A DNA stretch of 63,986 nucleotides, counting the filler, from Phoronis australis (taxonomy: Eukaryota > Animalia > Phoronida), in assembly GCA_002633005.1 (NCBI GenBank). It is 8 parts of 8 records of this genome, joined end to end, with 100 filler letters (N's around TTAATTAATTAA, not from the genome) between each part and the next. Parts side by side here need not be neighbours in the genome. Positions count along the whole stretch, not along the records: positions 1 to 24,812 come from NMRA01000403.1; 7 more parts are not named here. One strand, 5' to 3'. Positions 10,031 through 22,956 of the stretch are shown here, in pieces. Made by a program: the position numbers and the translations under genes. The notes below the pieces were generated by a model. That model worked only from the letters and a program-made list of their open reading frames with translations, had not been told where the DNA came from and made no database searches. Each line of letters opens with the position of its first letter. Position 1 is the first letter of the stretch.

Positions 10031-12959
10031 ACCTTCCAACATAAACCGTCGGATGCCATCAGTGTATGATGCGAATTGCTAGGCAGTAAAATAGGTCTAC
10101 CATGACGTTACGAAAACTGAGATTAGACCAAGTGACGCTTCCGCGAAGTCTGCTGATGACTTACAATGTTTGCTAACTGAGAATGTGTAAAAGTCATCTG
10201 ATAATTCCAGCACCCAAACTAATCTGCAGTTAAAAATTTACGACGGTGATAGTCAACTCGAGGACGCTTAGCAATCCTTTTCAACGGAGGACGATCTATC
10301 TTCTGCCGAACGGCTTCCATTACTTACTTGGTGTGCGTGAACTTGAATTTTGCTTAACCTAAAGATCTCGTGTGCGTGATCTTGGAATTAAATACACATT
10401 AAAGAAATCAGGTGATTTTTGTTCAATTTTTGTAATTATTGGTCCTAGGATCACCTACTTTACCCGTTAACGAATTACAGTAACGTCAACGTGATGACTT
10501 GAGTGAAGACGCCACGTTTTCTCGGATATTCAAAGTTCACGTACGCTCATGTTCGACCTTGAGAGTAAGTGAAATTCCAAATTCCGCAAGACACTCGAAC
10601 TTCCATTGACTCTTCGCCGGGCATCCATCTTTTCTTGATGTCCCACACCAAAAATATAAATTAAGCTAAACAACATGTATTAAATTCAGTTTGTTTTTTA
10701 AAAAATCGATGTCGTGATGAAAGAGTATTTCTTGGTCTTAGGCTTAGAATAAAAGTGCTTGCGCAAAGATCCGTTTCGTGAAGTTTTTAGCAAAAATGAA
10801 ATGGAAATAATATCATTAAGGACGAGGATGCTGTACTTGTGTAGTGGTTTTCGTGTCTGCCAGTCTCGCTGCGACTAGGGGCTTAGATCTCGGCTCTCTG
10901 AAAGTTAAAAGTGCTACCATGGAATTGTTTCCATCTTCTGATTGCCATTGAGCGGTTGCAAGCTGAGCTTGCTTCAACAGCTCGTGTTCTCAGCGAAGGA
11001 TCACTGGCTGTCAAAGCTCGCCAAAGGAATTATTTAGTTTTTGATAGCGACGGTCTGAAATATGTTTTTGCAAGCCATTCAGGGCCACTTTACACACAGT
11101 TCTTCACCAAAACTTTACATTTGAATGAGATGTGCTACTCAAAGTAATATTGTTTGAGAACTAAAGGCATCTAAATAACCACAATTTTTAGAATGAGAGC
11201 AAGTCAGCACGGATCATCAATGGTGGGGCTGGGTGTACGCCGGCGTGCCGCTGAAATGGGTTGATTTTAGCCGATATTCGTGTCAACTTGTAGGGTAAGG
11301 TTTTCAAAATCACAAGGCATGTTTTTTCTCCGAATTTAGTATCTGTAAAGGTCTATTGCTTAATTTTTCATTTGTTTTTACAGTTTTGTAAGGGGACGCT
11401 GATGGGTAGTAATCTGCTTTGATTTGTGTGCGGATATTATTCGTGGGTATTTATTCTATTTTTATTGTATTATTTATTTTAATAGGTATTGAAATGGGCG
11501 AACATTTCAAAAACTTTCATATTAAGTAAAATGGACGTCATTGTCACGTGGTCTCCTCGTGTCAAATTTTCTCCCGGCATGAAATTTTCTCGTGGAAGTT
11601 ATTCTTTGTCCTGTCGTGATATGATAAATTTTAGGTCCCGGGGAGCGATAAATTTTGGTTTTGAGTATATTTTTGGTCCTTCAGACAATTTAGTTATTGA
11701 ATAGAAAGTTTGTGTCCTGGATTCTTTTCCGCTTTCGCTTTCCAAAGTCCTAGGTACATAAAAGTCTTGATGGCGTCGTCAGGGATTGAAGTGAGCTAGC
11801 TGATATTCGTGGGGTTGGCTGAACATGCTGGATGAGATAATTGTGGTCGTAAACCAACTCCTGTTTAGCGTACGGGTTTCAAAGTCAAAAAACGAACAGC
11901 AAGTAAAGCAAACGACCGACATGACTGTTTTTAAAATTGAAAAGTAAATAGTAGACGCCTTTGAATTTTTAAAATCATTGCAATGTAAGAGAAATTGGCG
12001 AATTAGTTTTCTTCAGAATTGCGACTAAGCCACGAGCATCAATTTGTAAAACGATTAGGATGGGTTAGTCACAGTCTGACTTGTTGCGGTAACAAAATTC
12101 TAAATGTTAGCGTAAGATTTGTTTCATTAATAACAACATTCGGAAAGACCAGCGAAACGTCTCACAACGACGAAAGTGATTTGAAACTGGCCGCCAAACG
12201 TAGAGTCACAGAAACCGAGAGGCGCTCAAAGTATATCAATAAACAAACCTTAAGAGTCGGAGCCCTCTAATTAACTACATGAACACACACTTTTAATAAA
12301 ACATCTGGTCATCCATGCAATTGCGGTAACAACGACATTTCACTATTTTGAAAGCAATTATACTACAATGGCTTTGGTTGAACCCGATAAACAACCTCAA
12401 ATTGAGCCAAAAATAAAAACTATCTTAGAAAATGATAATGCAGTGGCGTTTTATGAATGCTTTGATGTTCGTATAACTTAATGTACATTTATCTTACTTT
12501 TTAATATCTATCTAGCGTTTATTAACTTATTAACTCTTTTCATTCCAGAAACTAAGGCACGACTATAGACCACGAAAATTAAGAAATTCATCGAAGTATA
12601 AATGGCACCATGTTGTACAACTGTTCAGTTAACGTTTCAATTACTATAATCCCGGATGGATTGTGTCTAAGTTTCCGACAAACTTTTAATATTATTGGAT
12701 GGTTCAATGTTTAATCTTGTATATTTATTATGAAAAAATATTTTTATAGTTCTTCAACACTTCCACAGATAATCTTGTCGGATACCAAGCTTGTCATATA
12801 TATATGACGTCATATAACACCAAGCCAAAGCGCATGACAACAAGCTGTCGCCGCCATGGAAATAAGTTCATCTGTAAATAACCTATGTAATCATCACACA
12901 TGGTGTACCTTACTCTCGGGCGGACTCTAAATATAGGACATTACATAAAATGTTACTTG

Positions 12960-13208
12960 ATGCGCGCACCCAAGGGGGCTCTGAGGGCTCGAACGAGCTC
13001 CCTCATTTGGCGAAGTGGGCACGAAGGTCCTGCTCAAAGAGACAAAAAGTCCTAGAAAATGAGACATAAGTCCATTAAACATGCGCAAATGCGCAATTCA
13101 CAGTGGTGCTCCCGTTTTTTTATTTCTAGTCCGCCCGTCTTTTTTTACCAAAAGGTCCACAAAGTCAGGAATTCGAGCCCCCCATATTGAATGCAGGGAG
13201 CTCGCATG
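12960..13208. mobile_element. Small GC-rich MITE (hAT-like); related copy at about 52700-52813
   Basis: Termini (C)ATGCGCGCACCC and GGGAGCTCGCATG, with TACTTGA repeated on both flanks. The internal AAGGTCCACAAA...ATTCGAG.CCCCC.ATAT block is shared with 52748-52783. Confidence 0.5.
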
Positions 13209-14160
13209 TACTTGAAGCATAACCTGGAATAAAATGACTAATTTTTTGTTCCGCTGTAATGCATCAAATTCCGGCTGTTCTCGATTTGTATAGCGTTGTC
13301 TCGTTTTGATTTCACCGAGAGAGGGTGCAATTTAGACCCCCATGGCGCCCTAAAATGGACGATCGCATAAATCAGTTATGTTAGTTGAAAACAAAATCTT
13401 TTTCCACAGTGAAATCATGTCAATGAACTGACAATACGTCACTGTTTCATTTTGTATTTGTTTTTTTTAAACTTAAGTCGAACCTTGGACGCACACGTGG
13501 CTGCGACAATTGAAGAGGGCAAAGAGATACTAAAAACTGCAATGAGGTTTCACGTGCTTTAGTCGTGTGCACTGATTTGTCTACACAACTTGGTTCTGTC
13601 ATAAGATTACATTTAATGGATAATTTTGTTGCGAACGGAGCTCTATCTTTGGCAGCAATTATATCAAATTTGGCAAAAAGGTGTCCGAGACCTTTACTTG
13701 GTTAGTCAGAGACACTTACTAGATTGTCGGTCTCAAGCGCATTGCTAAGCGTGTCACTGATGTTACCAACACAAATTTCACCCCGTCTCGCCGACAAAAT
13801 ATAGGCCAAAGGAAATCGTACTTCATTGTTTAAAATCTGTGTTTGTTATTGTCCTTGTAATTTGCTGAAATTGTTACCAATCAAAATAATTGTCGCCGTC
13901 ATTTTGTTGTCAAGTGAGATAATTATGTTTAGATATATCTATTTTGCAGGGCAAGTAAAAATCAAGACACGCATGAAACTATTTTCATTATCTATCGTCA
14001 TAGGTTCGTGTGTTTTTCTCCCAAAGACTACTGAACTAGAAGTCAGTGTCATCAATAAAAATTTAATTTCTTTGAAATTTAGGACTAGTGGAATACGAAG
14101 AACAGAATGTACACCAGACACACACATTTCGCAAATGACGTGGGCGCGAACATTTCATAT

Positions 14161-14495
14161 TCATGTACTTCGTTCGTCATCCACTCGGCTTTTTACGTAC
14201 TCGCCCGCCACCCGAAAAGATTTCCGCCCGTTCTTAATTGGAACTGCTTTTTCCACAATATTGCAAGCTGAGCAAATCTTTCTATCGACATAGAGGAAGG
14301 CCACACAAGCGGGATCCACAGAACAGAGACGAGAACAATCGATCACAGGAGATACGCTGACGGTTACGTACCTCGAGCATGTTGATGCGATTTATTTTCC
14401 GTGTGAAATCTGCTGCTTATATCTAGAGCCACCAGGAAATTAATTTGAATATGCACATGTAGAAAAAAGAGAAACATTAAACCGCGTTGAAACAT
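14161..14495 (-). pseudogene. Possible decayed secreted PAN/Apple-domain protein exon
   Basis: SPVIDCSRLCSVDPACVAFLY...CSAC has the C-x3-C-x5-C-x2-F-x-Y spacing of PAN domains. A hydrophobic leader MFQRGLMFLFFL lies upstream, but in another frame and with stops in between. Confidence 0.35.
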
Positions 14496-15782
14496 GATGA
14501 CCCATATCTGACACCACAAATTCTGTGATCACTCAATAGCTGCAACAAGGATTTATTACCGTGTATCATATAAGTAGGCCCTAACCGTTAATCAGGCTCT
14601 TCTTGCTACCGGTGGACATCTCCGCTGAATAAATGTTTAATCTTTTCTGAAAATGCGTGAATTGCAGTGTTAAGTGGAACATTATTTTCTCAATATTGGA
14701 CAGTAATTAGCAATTCAGTTAGCTGTATGGAGAGATAGCGTCAACGCTAGGAATCAACAAGTACGATTTTTATGTAGATTCGGAAATTTCATACAACCAG
14801 GATGTTTCTGCTCATCACCACGTCACGAACTTTATATTACAAGTAAAACATTAAAGGTGACCGAACATGGAAATCTGGCAGTCAACTGATGACCATCTTA
14901 CCTGTTATAGTCGTTTCAGTCAAAAAAAACAAACAATCCAGTTTCGCTATTTTTGTAGAGACCTACGCCGGCCAGTTTGTTGTACATATTTCCCTAGAGT
15001 TCTAAAAGCATCTCCATGCTCAGAATTTCTTAACTGGAATAAGGAGGGTAAATACATGTAATACTAAGGCAACAGAAAGCGTGTTAGAGTTTTGGAAACC
15101 CAAATCGCACTCCTTGTTACATTAATAACATTTGAAAAAAATTGTGAAATTTTAAAAATTCGATTTATTTACAACTTTAACAAGACCTAAATGTCCTAAT
15201 GACTTCTCTGAATTCATATCTCACCTTCGTCCATTGCAAAGTCATGACGGTTGTTATTAAAAAGTGTTTTGGGGTTTTCACGTCTCATTGGAAATGCCCT
15301 TTCAGCGAAGAAGTTTCACCGAACTTATTTGTTTGTGGCTTTATTTTTTTTCTGATGCACTAGATCTAAAGCTATAACTTGGCACCCTGAGGCTGCAAAC
15401 GAAAACTTAACGGGAGAGGGCACATCGAAAAGTGAATCACTTTTATGCACCTGGCTGTATAACTATTTGTACATGTCGGTGTGAATAGGCATCTCCAATT
15501 CGAAGAAGATGTCGAAAAGTTACTGCTGCTGCCTAACAACAATTTACTGGTAAATTTGGTTATACCATCGTCACGTAGTTTCTCGTATGCAAAAGGTACC
15601 CGCTCATCTAAAACCCTTACCAAAAACAGATGGCACTTCACATGAATCACGTGATTTGTCGTTTTATCGCTAAGAAGTGGCAGTGTTGTACTTGAACTTG
15701 TAATCTTGAATGTACTTGGAATAAACTTTTATTCCAAGTTTACACATTTGATCTTGAGATTAAGCAAGCATTTGTGACATCT

Positions 15783-17006
15783 AGGCCCGGTCTCTAATCT
15801 TTTTACTCGAAACGAACTCGAAACTATTTTTGGCAATTTCTCTGCTCCTTTTGTGCGAACTTAAGATAATTGGTTATCAGACTGTGCTCGAATACATTAT
15901 AGTTTATGCATAGGAGTTTCTAGTTCAAGTTTGCCTTTGAAGACCCTTATATTCGTGCTACAAACTCGAGTAAAAACTCAAAATTTCGAGTTCAAACTCG
16001 AAGTTATTGCTTTAATATTGGGTTTACAAACTGTGAACTATGGGCAATAAATTATGTACATAAGTTATTGTGTACTCGAGCATAGAATAACAGACAATTA
16101 TTGGGGACAAATAAAACAACAAGAATAATGAATTTCAGGGCCACAGATCTACAAATAAATATTTCACAGAAGGAACCAGATGGGTTCCTTAATTACAATA
16201 TATAACACACACATTTCCGATACCCAAAGTACAATTGAGTATCGGATGCTAAGTGCCACAGGTTAGCATAGTACCAAATGGGTACATAATACCAAATGGG
16301 TATTGGCCGATTGCCTACCAACTGGGTCGAGCAAAACGGCAAATTCAATAACAAGTACCAAGTGGGTACAAACTGCCAAATGGGAAAATGTCATATAAAG
16401 TACCAAGTGGGTACACTAAACAGCCAAATGGGCTATAACAACCTGCAAAGCAGGGTTCCGGACAAGCTGAGTGAGCAGACCAGCCGGAGTGATAAAAAGA
16501 GATATTGTAAGGAACGTGGTGTTGTGGCTCAGTATGTGCCACATGGGCAGGGTTGTTCATGGATGAACAATCCTGTCCACCGCCACAGCCCACGTGGGGG
16601 CCGTGACCCTGGTAGAGGAGTGGCAGGGGTTGGGGAAAAAAGGTAGTCGGAAGAATGAGAAAGGGACCGATGCCATTCCCGGATTTGCCTCCATAATCAT
16701 TGAAGCTCATCCCCCCCTTCCGGAGTGCAGGGACGGCGTCCCACTTGGGGCACAGCCCACGAGGACAGTTTGGATATCTCACGATGAGCAGTACCGCTCC
16801 TGCAGAGCTTTAAACCCAGCCACACCCTGGTTTACGATAGAGCCGGAGTTGTGGTTGGTGTACATTACCGGCACCTCTACCGACACCATACCACACCCAC
16901 TTACCAGACAATCCTATGCCTTTACTACAAGGGAAATTGCATTACATAACAGTGCGGGCACTAATTTCGAGTTCCATTTCGAGTAAAAAGATTGGAGACC
17001 TGGCCC
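15783..17006. mobile_element. Non-autonomous TIR element (PIF/Harbinger-like termini), about 1.2 kb, with ~45-bp TIRs
   Basis: Left end AGGCCCGGTCTCTAATCTTTTTACTCGAAACGAACTCGAAACTA versus reverse complement of the right end GGGCCAGGTCTCCAATCTTTTTACTCGAAATGGAACTCGAAATTA. Confidence 0.8.
16655..16875 (+). pseudogene. DIRS/Ngaro tyrosine-recombinase retrotransposon gag-like fragment inside the TIR element
   Basis: TDAIPGFASIIIEAHP...WISHDEQYRSCRALNPATPWFTIEPELWL resembles the WxxYDEQFR...W..ID.ELWL motif that I recall from invertebrate DIRS/Ngaro ORF1 proteins. Confidence 0.6.
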
Positions 17007-17492
17007 TAGTGTATAACTTTTGAGTAAAATTTCGCCGTGAGTCGAATGGTGGCCATGAGTTTGTTTGTCGTGAGTTGTTGTTAGTTACGTTGTTGTAAAT
17101 TCTTACTCTAGTAGGCTACATAGGATAGCTCTATCAACTTTAGGCTTCCAAAGCCCCAGGGGATCTGTAATCGTTTCTAATCTAGTTAAAGAACAGGTTA
17201 AGGTATAACACTGGTTGTTGTTAATGTTTTATTTTAAGCAAACAAAGAGGAAATACTAATTTCATTTTTAAATATGTAATTTAATGAGTGTTAGGTTTTT
17301 GTTGTGGGATGTCACTAGATATGGAACACAGCACTCCAGGGTTCTGTTGACAGTTTTGTCTCATAGGGATGATTAGACCTTGTCTACCACCTATTTTACG
17401 TGCCCAAACTCAAACTAAGTGATTGGTAAGTCTAAGACAAAGTGAAACAAAATTACTCTTTAAATTTTAGGCAATGAATAAAAGTTACGTTA

Positions 17493-19455
17493 CAGCCACT
17501 GAATTATTAGAGTTCGTCAGGGTTGCCTCACGGCTGGCCAGTCAGGAGCGTAACCGGAACACAGGCATGAGAGAAATCAATCACCGGTCTTCTCCCACCT
17601 GCTCTCCGCGTAGCACTCACGCTTACTTCCGGTTTGGTTAACGCCTTCCTCACGCTTCCTTCGCGCGTACCTCACGTTTCCCTCACGCCTTTAGTAGCTG
17701 TTGTAACATACCGAGATGGTGCGCCGGTCTAATGAAAATATCATCTAGATCTGTGTGTGCAATGATCTGTTGTTTTGGCATCTCATACCACTGGTCTCCA
17801 CAAACTCCGTTATTTTTCGTATTTGTCAATCAAACTAAGTCCTTAAACTCGTCTGGTGTTACATTTATGTTGTATAATTTGTTACTCTAAATCATGTCCC
17901 ATCAAAAACTTAACCGTGGTGAGTAAAGATTTAGACCATTTGTTGGTCTGAGGTTAAGACGAACAAACACGACCCTCTACACGCGACAGTCTTGTTTACA
18001 TGGATGCAGACTCCACAAAACACATCACAGCTGGATATACATACATGTAATTTGCCCAATAAAACTTGTGATGTTATAGTTTTCTATGATGTCATCCTTT
18101 TGTGACGTCATTCTTAATTTCTGTCAATATATTTTACATTTCTTTTATGCGTGTTCTGCATCTTTCTATTACAAAAACATAACAAAAATAGCCCACGCAT
18201 CTTGACTCACTCTGTGGATTCTTGGACTGCACTCTTGGAACAGAAAATTTCAATCAAATCGCTTCCGCGAGTGACGGCATGTACATGTTGCATCTCCATC
18301 CCCTATTGCGAGCGCATGTTAAGTCCCCAACCCCTAGTACGTGTTTATTTCCAACCCCACCCCCTTAGTATTTCGTGCCTACGTAGTCCCATTGAAATTC
18401 TTTACTCAAACAGTAATAGCAGTCACCTCTCTGATTCGTCAAATGGTCGTGATCACATTCTCAGCACGATGCCGGAATTTGGCCGGATGAATGTGCGCAG
18501 AATTCACGCCTTATGCTCTGGCTTATCGTGAAGCCAATTGAATTATTCCGTCATGCACACGTGTGTCAACATTGTTGACATGCTTATTTAAAAACAAATA
18601 TAAACGAGTGAAAGTCCAGAGGTCTGTTTCATGGAGTAACTTGAAAGATTTGAGAAAGGAATTTGGCCTTTTGTTCCACGTAAGGATTTCCGAAAAATAG
18701 TTGAAACTCAGATGACCAAAAATTTTTGAGAATATACACGTCACTGTTAGTTACATAGACAAATTTTATGAGAAATAATGCACGCTTAATATAACAAGAA
18801 TAACTGTCAAATAATAAATCCACTAATCTACAATGTTTCATGTAATTCATTACATAACTATATTACATTTCTGCTAATTCCGTTGAAATAATACACAGTT
18901 TGCAGTTGATATCTAAGATAACAAGAATAAATTCAAATAATAAATACACTAATCTACAATGTTTCATGCATCCTTTTGTTTTCAGTGGCTCATTCTGTAC
19001 GTGCATCCCCACATGTTTGAATGGACTGTATAGTAAACTAGATTGCGTATTGGTCGTATAGAATAGTTGCCCTGAGATAGCTGACCTGTATAATATAATT
19101 GCAAACACAGCAGGCAGTTTCTTATCCTTTTTGTCAAAGTTCTTACAGTTGATAATAAGCTAGCACTGGGAAATGTTTCTTGAATTACGATATAGTATTT
19201 CGTTCAGGGTAGCGCTAAACGAGTGACAATACCAATTGTAATTGTCCCGACTGTAGAGAAGGCAGGGAAAATCAAGCATGGCTCACGCCTGGCTCTCGTC
19301 TGGCTCACGGTTAGTTCCGGGCACAGTCACGCTTAGGGTCACGCCAGTTCTCACGGTCAATTCTCGCCTCGCTCTCCAGTCTGTCTCCGGTTACGGTCAC
19401 GCCTAGCCAGACCGGAGGCAACCCGGAAAAGGCTAATAATTCGGTGGCTAAACTG
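17493..19455. mobile_element. Non-autonomous Tc1/mariner-type element, about 2 kb, with TA target duplication and imperfect ~70-bp TIRs
   Basis: Left TA|CAGCCACTGAATTATTAG...GGGTTGCCTC...CGTAACCGGA versus reverse complement of the right end TA|CAGTTTAGCCACCGAATTATTAG...GGGTTGCCTC...CGTAACCGGA. Confidence 0.75.
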
Positions 19456-21984
19456 TACCATAATACAGGTCAAAAGTCTAGTTTTATGATTTCATTCACA
19501 GAAATCCCAAGTCAAAATGTGAGTTTTGGTTGTCAAATACCAAGTATTTGTTTTAAGTGCTCAGTAATATCAAAATGCAAACAGTGACTGAAAGCTGTAA
19601 TTGGCAGTAGAAACATTATTTAGCATAAGAATCATCTTGTGTACAATTTCTTTGCAAAGACTGGTTGGTAGTATCAGAGTTGTGATCAGACTCATAGTGC
19701 AGAGTGTAATTTCAGAAAGTGGAACCTTGTTGCGTTATAGTAGTAGAGCTTCCTGTTCATAGAAATATGGCTGCTGTAGTGTACAGGTATTCTTCATGAA
19801 AATGCTCACATGAAGAGGTTTTTATCAAAGTGGAAAGTTTCATAAGAAGTGCAACAGAGCGTGTGCGACCTACCTGTAATGTGAATGAACCAGATTTTGA
19901 ATATGAACTCACACTGGCTAGAGTGGGTGTGTTTGATGTATTGCTAAATGCACGGATGCACAACTCAATTGATCACTTCCTTGGATGAAATAAATGCTGT
20001 CATGCGCCTTGACAGACACATGGGTGATATATATGTAAAGAGGGAAACTGCATAAGACTGCAAGGCAATGGGTGTCTGCCCAAAATGCATTTGGAGTATC
20101 GGCACTTCCATCGGCTTCTTGTAAAGAGAGCTGGCCACAGTCCACATCTGAGGAAACTGAGTGTGAGTGGGCACTACGCAATGGCAAACAGAACTCCAGA
20201 TTTGCTCATGACGTGAAAGTGTTGTTGACGGAAAGTTTTCAGCTGGACAAAGAACATGTGCCAATTGTATACCTGCATTCATGGCTAATAATTTGAGATT
20301 AGCGAAGAAACGCCAGAAAAAAATTAAGTGAGATAATCTGGCTGAAAGAAGTCCATGTTACTGTCTTGTTTTCGCGCATGGCTGCCTCTTCTACAGCTGG
20401 CTGCGGAATGGTGGAAGGAGAAATCTGTTATAAGAAGTTCTGGAAGATTTGGGTTAATACTCAGTCCGTTCTACTGGAAAATACTACCAACACTTTTTTC
20501 TGTTGGCTGATTGTCGAGGCTTAAAAATCCGTAATTCTTTCTGGAGACTCATGTTCAAATCATGAAGGTAAGACGTTTTGACAAGGCGACAGTTTTATTT
20601 TACGCCTATTGAAAGATAATTACATTTAGCAAACGAAAGTAGCTTTTTGATCCTAACAATATTTTGAAAGTTGCAAATCGAGACAGGTTCCACGCTTTGC
20701 ATCGTGAATTGGCTCACGTATTCATTCCGCACTACTCCGCTAACAACGGCGGTGGGAGCCGGTGGCATCAGATGTCAACATGGCATATAACTGGCACAGT
20801 ACTCCCTCGACAACCTCCTGCAACTGCGACTTGGAGCTGCCGAAGGTATTCGCCCGCCCATCAGGTTTTGGTATTACAGCAGAATATCTTACTCCTTCGT
20901 TTCTAGTTAACAAATCTGAATAATGAGGGTTTTGTTTAGCTAAAGCATTTGTAGACTATGGACGGTAAAACAAGCTCCAAACATCTCTCGTGCCTGACGT
21001 AGGTTCTGAGTTGCGGAAGATTGCTCATCGTCAAGACTCATTCTTCGAGTGTCTTCTATCAAATTCTATTGTCACAAATTTCATGGAACAATGCAGTTTT
21101 TCCACACCATTGCGAGTTTTTCCGTGTCTCTACACGTTGCGCCAAGGGCATATCGGTGCCTAAAACTGGTTTTTAAGAGTTGACGTGACGTGTATTGGAC
21201 GATCTTTTGGAAGAAAGAGCAGTAACCAAACTTGCCAAGACCCCTACTCCGATGGTCAGACTATCACCATACAGTTAATCACTGATTGAAAAAAGATACT
21301 GTCTGCATTGTCGAATGCCCATCTCCGTCTATCCTGAAAGAAGAGCGTCATAGTCTCAGGAAGCACAGAAGTATTCGGCTGGATTTGGGAGATGGAGCTT
21401 TTCAAGCTAGCTCACATCGTATATATGTCGCTGCTGTTCGACAGATGAGACTCGTCATCAGAGTCATGAAAGTATGTCAATAACCGTGCCTTAATTTGTG
21501 TCTTTCGTTGCACTGAATCAGTGTTGTTCAACGCTCTCATTCTCCAAAACCTACATCTTGCAGAATAATTTTGATACGCCCTCAGCAGTTGGAATGTCGT
21601 TGGAGCTCAAGTCATGAAGTGCGGGTAACAGGTCATTTTGGTGCCCTGAGAGTACGTATCTCTTTACACAGCGGCTTGTATCATTGATACTGAACGCCGC
21701 AAGAATCTTCGAAATGGTCTTCTCCACATGTGCCTCAAAATGCGGTCGTTGGCTGGCCCTCACGCGGGTGCCCGTACAGATCTGTCTCTATGATTTCAAA
21801 AGGAAAGTCTCGTTGTACACAATCACATGTCAATTGAGATCGAGCTCGTCAAGACGAACCATAAAATAACATCAACAAATGTACAAAATATCAAATAGAT
21901 CTGTGTCAAATTGTGCCAGTACTGTCAAATTAAAAACATCAGGTCAAAAAAACAAAATACAAAAGGGAAACTCGCTTATTTCAC

Positions 21985-22470
21985 TGTATGGTCAATGTGG
22001 ACAGCATCTTACTCTACTACTAAATGGAGCCGTTTCTTCCAACTAGAAATGTTTTTCTGTCTTTCTTCAATCGAGACTTCCCCCAATGACATAATTTTCC
22101 TGTCTTTTAACTCCTGCTCAGTCAATTTGCCTGTCATTCCCCGGTAACCTTTCTCCTTCAGAGAGTCCCATATGGCATAATTCATTATATTGCAGTCAGG
22201 ACTGAGCGGAGACCACTCATCCTTTTTGACAAGTTTTGGTGTGGCGTTCTCCAGATGAGCCTGAGTTATCTTGCTCATGTGTGAAGGGGCTCCATCTTGC
22301 TGAAAGACAAAATTGCTTCCAGGATAAAATCGCCTGCAATCTAGGAGATTTCCATCCAATAACTGCATGTAGCGTTGACTGTTACCTTTGGCTATAAGAG
22401 TCTCAATAAAGTAAATATTTGTTTTTCCTTCCCAAGATACTCCAGCGGAAACCATTATTTTTTTTTGAAA
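21985..22470 (-). pseudogene. Tc1/mariner DD37D (maT-type) transposase, C-terminal catalytic fragment
   Basis: IMVSAGVS...FVFQQDGAPSH...WSPLSPDCNIMNYAIW. There are 37 residues between the QDGA Asp and the third acidic position, which is mutated D>N here. Confidence 0.9.
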
Positions 22471-22718
22471 AATCTGTAATTCTCGTGATAGATTAGAGAA
22501 GGCTGAATTTCTCGTTTTTGTTTTAGATTGCACGAATTCAGTTGGTCAATTGCTTGTCAAAAAGTGGCTCACTTTTTGAGACAGCAGATGAACAGTGCAA
22601 TACACAACTACCCATACAAGCGCACGTAATATTCTATGTCAAAGGAGAACACAGCCCAACAAGAATTGCAAATATACTAGAACATTCTTAGTTGGAGGCG
22701 ATAATTGCTCTGCACCTC

Positions 22719-22956
22719 TTCGACATAGTCTAAGTAGTCAGTGATGGAGACAGAAACCAATAGAACCTTACCTTTCTTGGGTCTATGTGTAGTTGATAAT
22801 GGCTCCATCCAAGTCAAGATCTACAGGAAACCGACACATACGGACCAATACCTCCAGTTTTCATCCAAGCACCCTTTAAAGCACAAACATTCCGTCGCCC
22901 GTACCCTCCTGGATAGATGTGATCGTTACATCGCTGACTACCGAGACTATGTCGAA
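22719..22956. repeat. 28-bp inverted repeats enclosing the Penelope fragment
   Basis: TTCGACATAGTCTAAGTAGTCAGTGATG (22719-22746) versus reverse complement of 22929-22956, TTCGACATAGTCTCGGTAGTCAGCGATG: 25/28 identical. Confidence 0.85.
22744..22930 (+). pseudogene. Penelope-like retroelement reverse-transcriptase C-terminal fragment
   Basis: METETNRTLPFL...IYRKPTHTDQYLQFSSKHPLKHKHSVARTLLDR matches the Penelope LPFLD...VYRKPTHTDQYL.F.SHHP..HK.SV motif. Confidence 0.88.

Noticed and set aside
13826-14293. 155-aa plus-strand ORF
   Set aside because: TTG start, low-complexity hydrophobic composition typical of AT-rich non-coding DNA, and no recognisable domain.
21430-21462. CTGATGA cores as possible hammerhead ribozymes (also at about 53483 and 54522)
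   Set aside because: No properly placed stem II plus GAAA and no closing helices were found by eye.
21000-21800. Possible very old LINE RT remnant on the minus strand (DRPIHVTSTLK resembling YRPISLTS)
   Set aside because: Only one weak motif, with no supporting RT motifs nearby.
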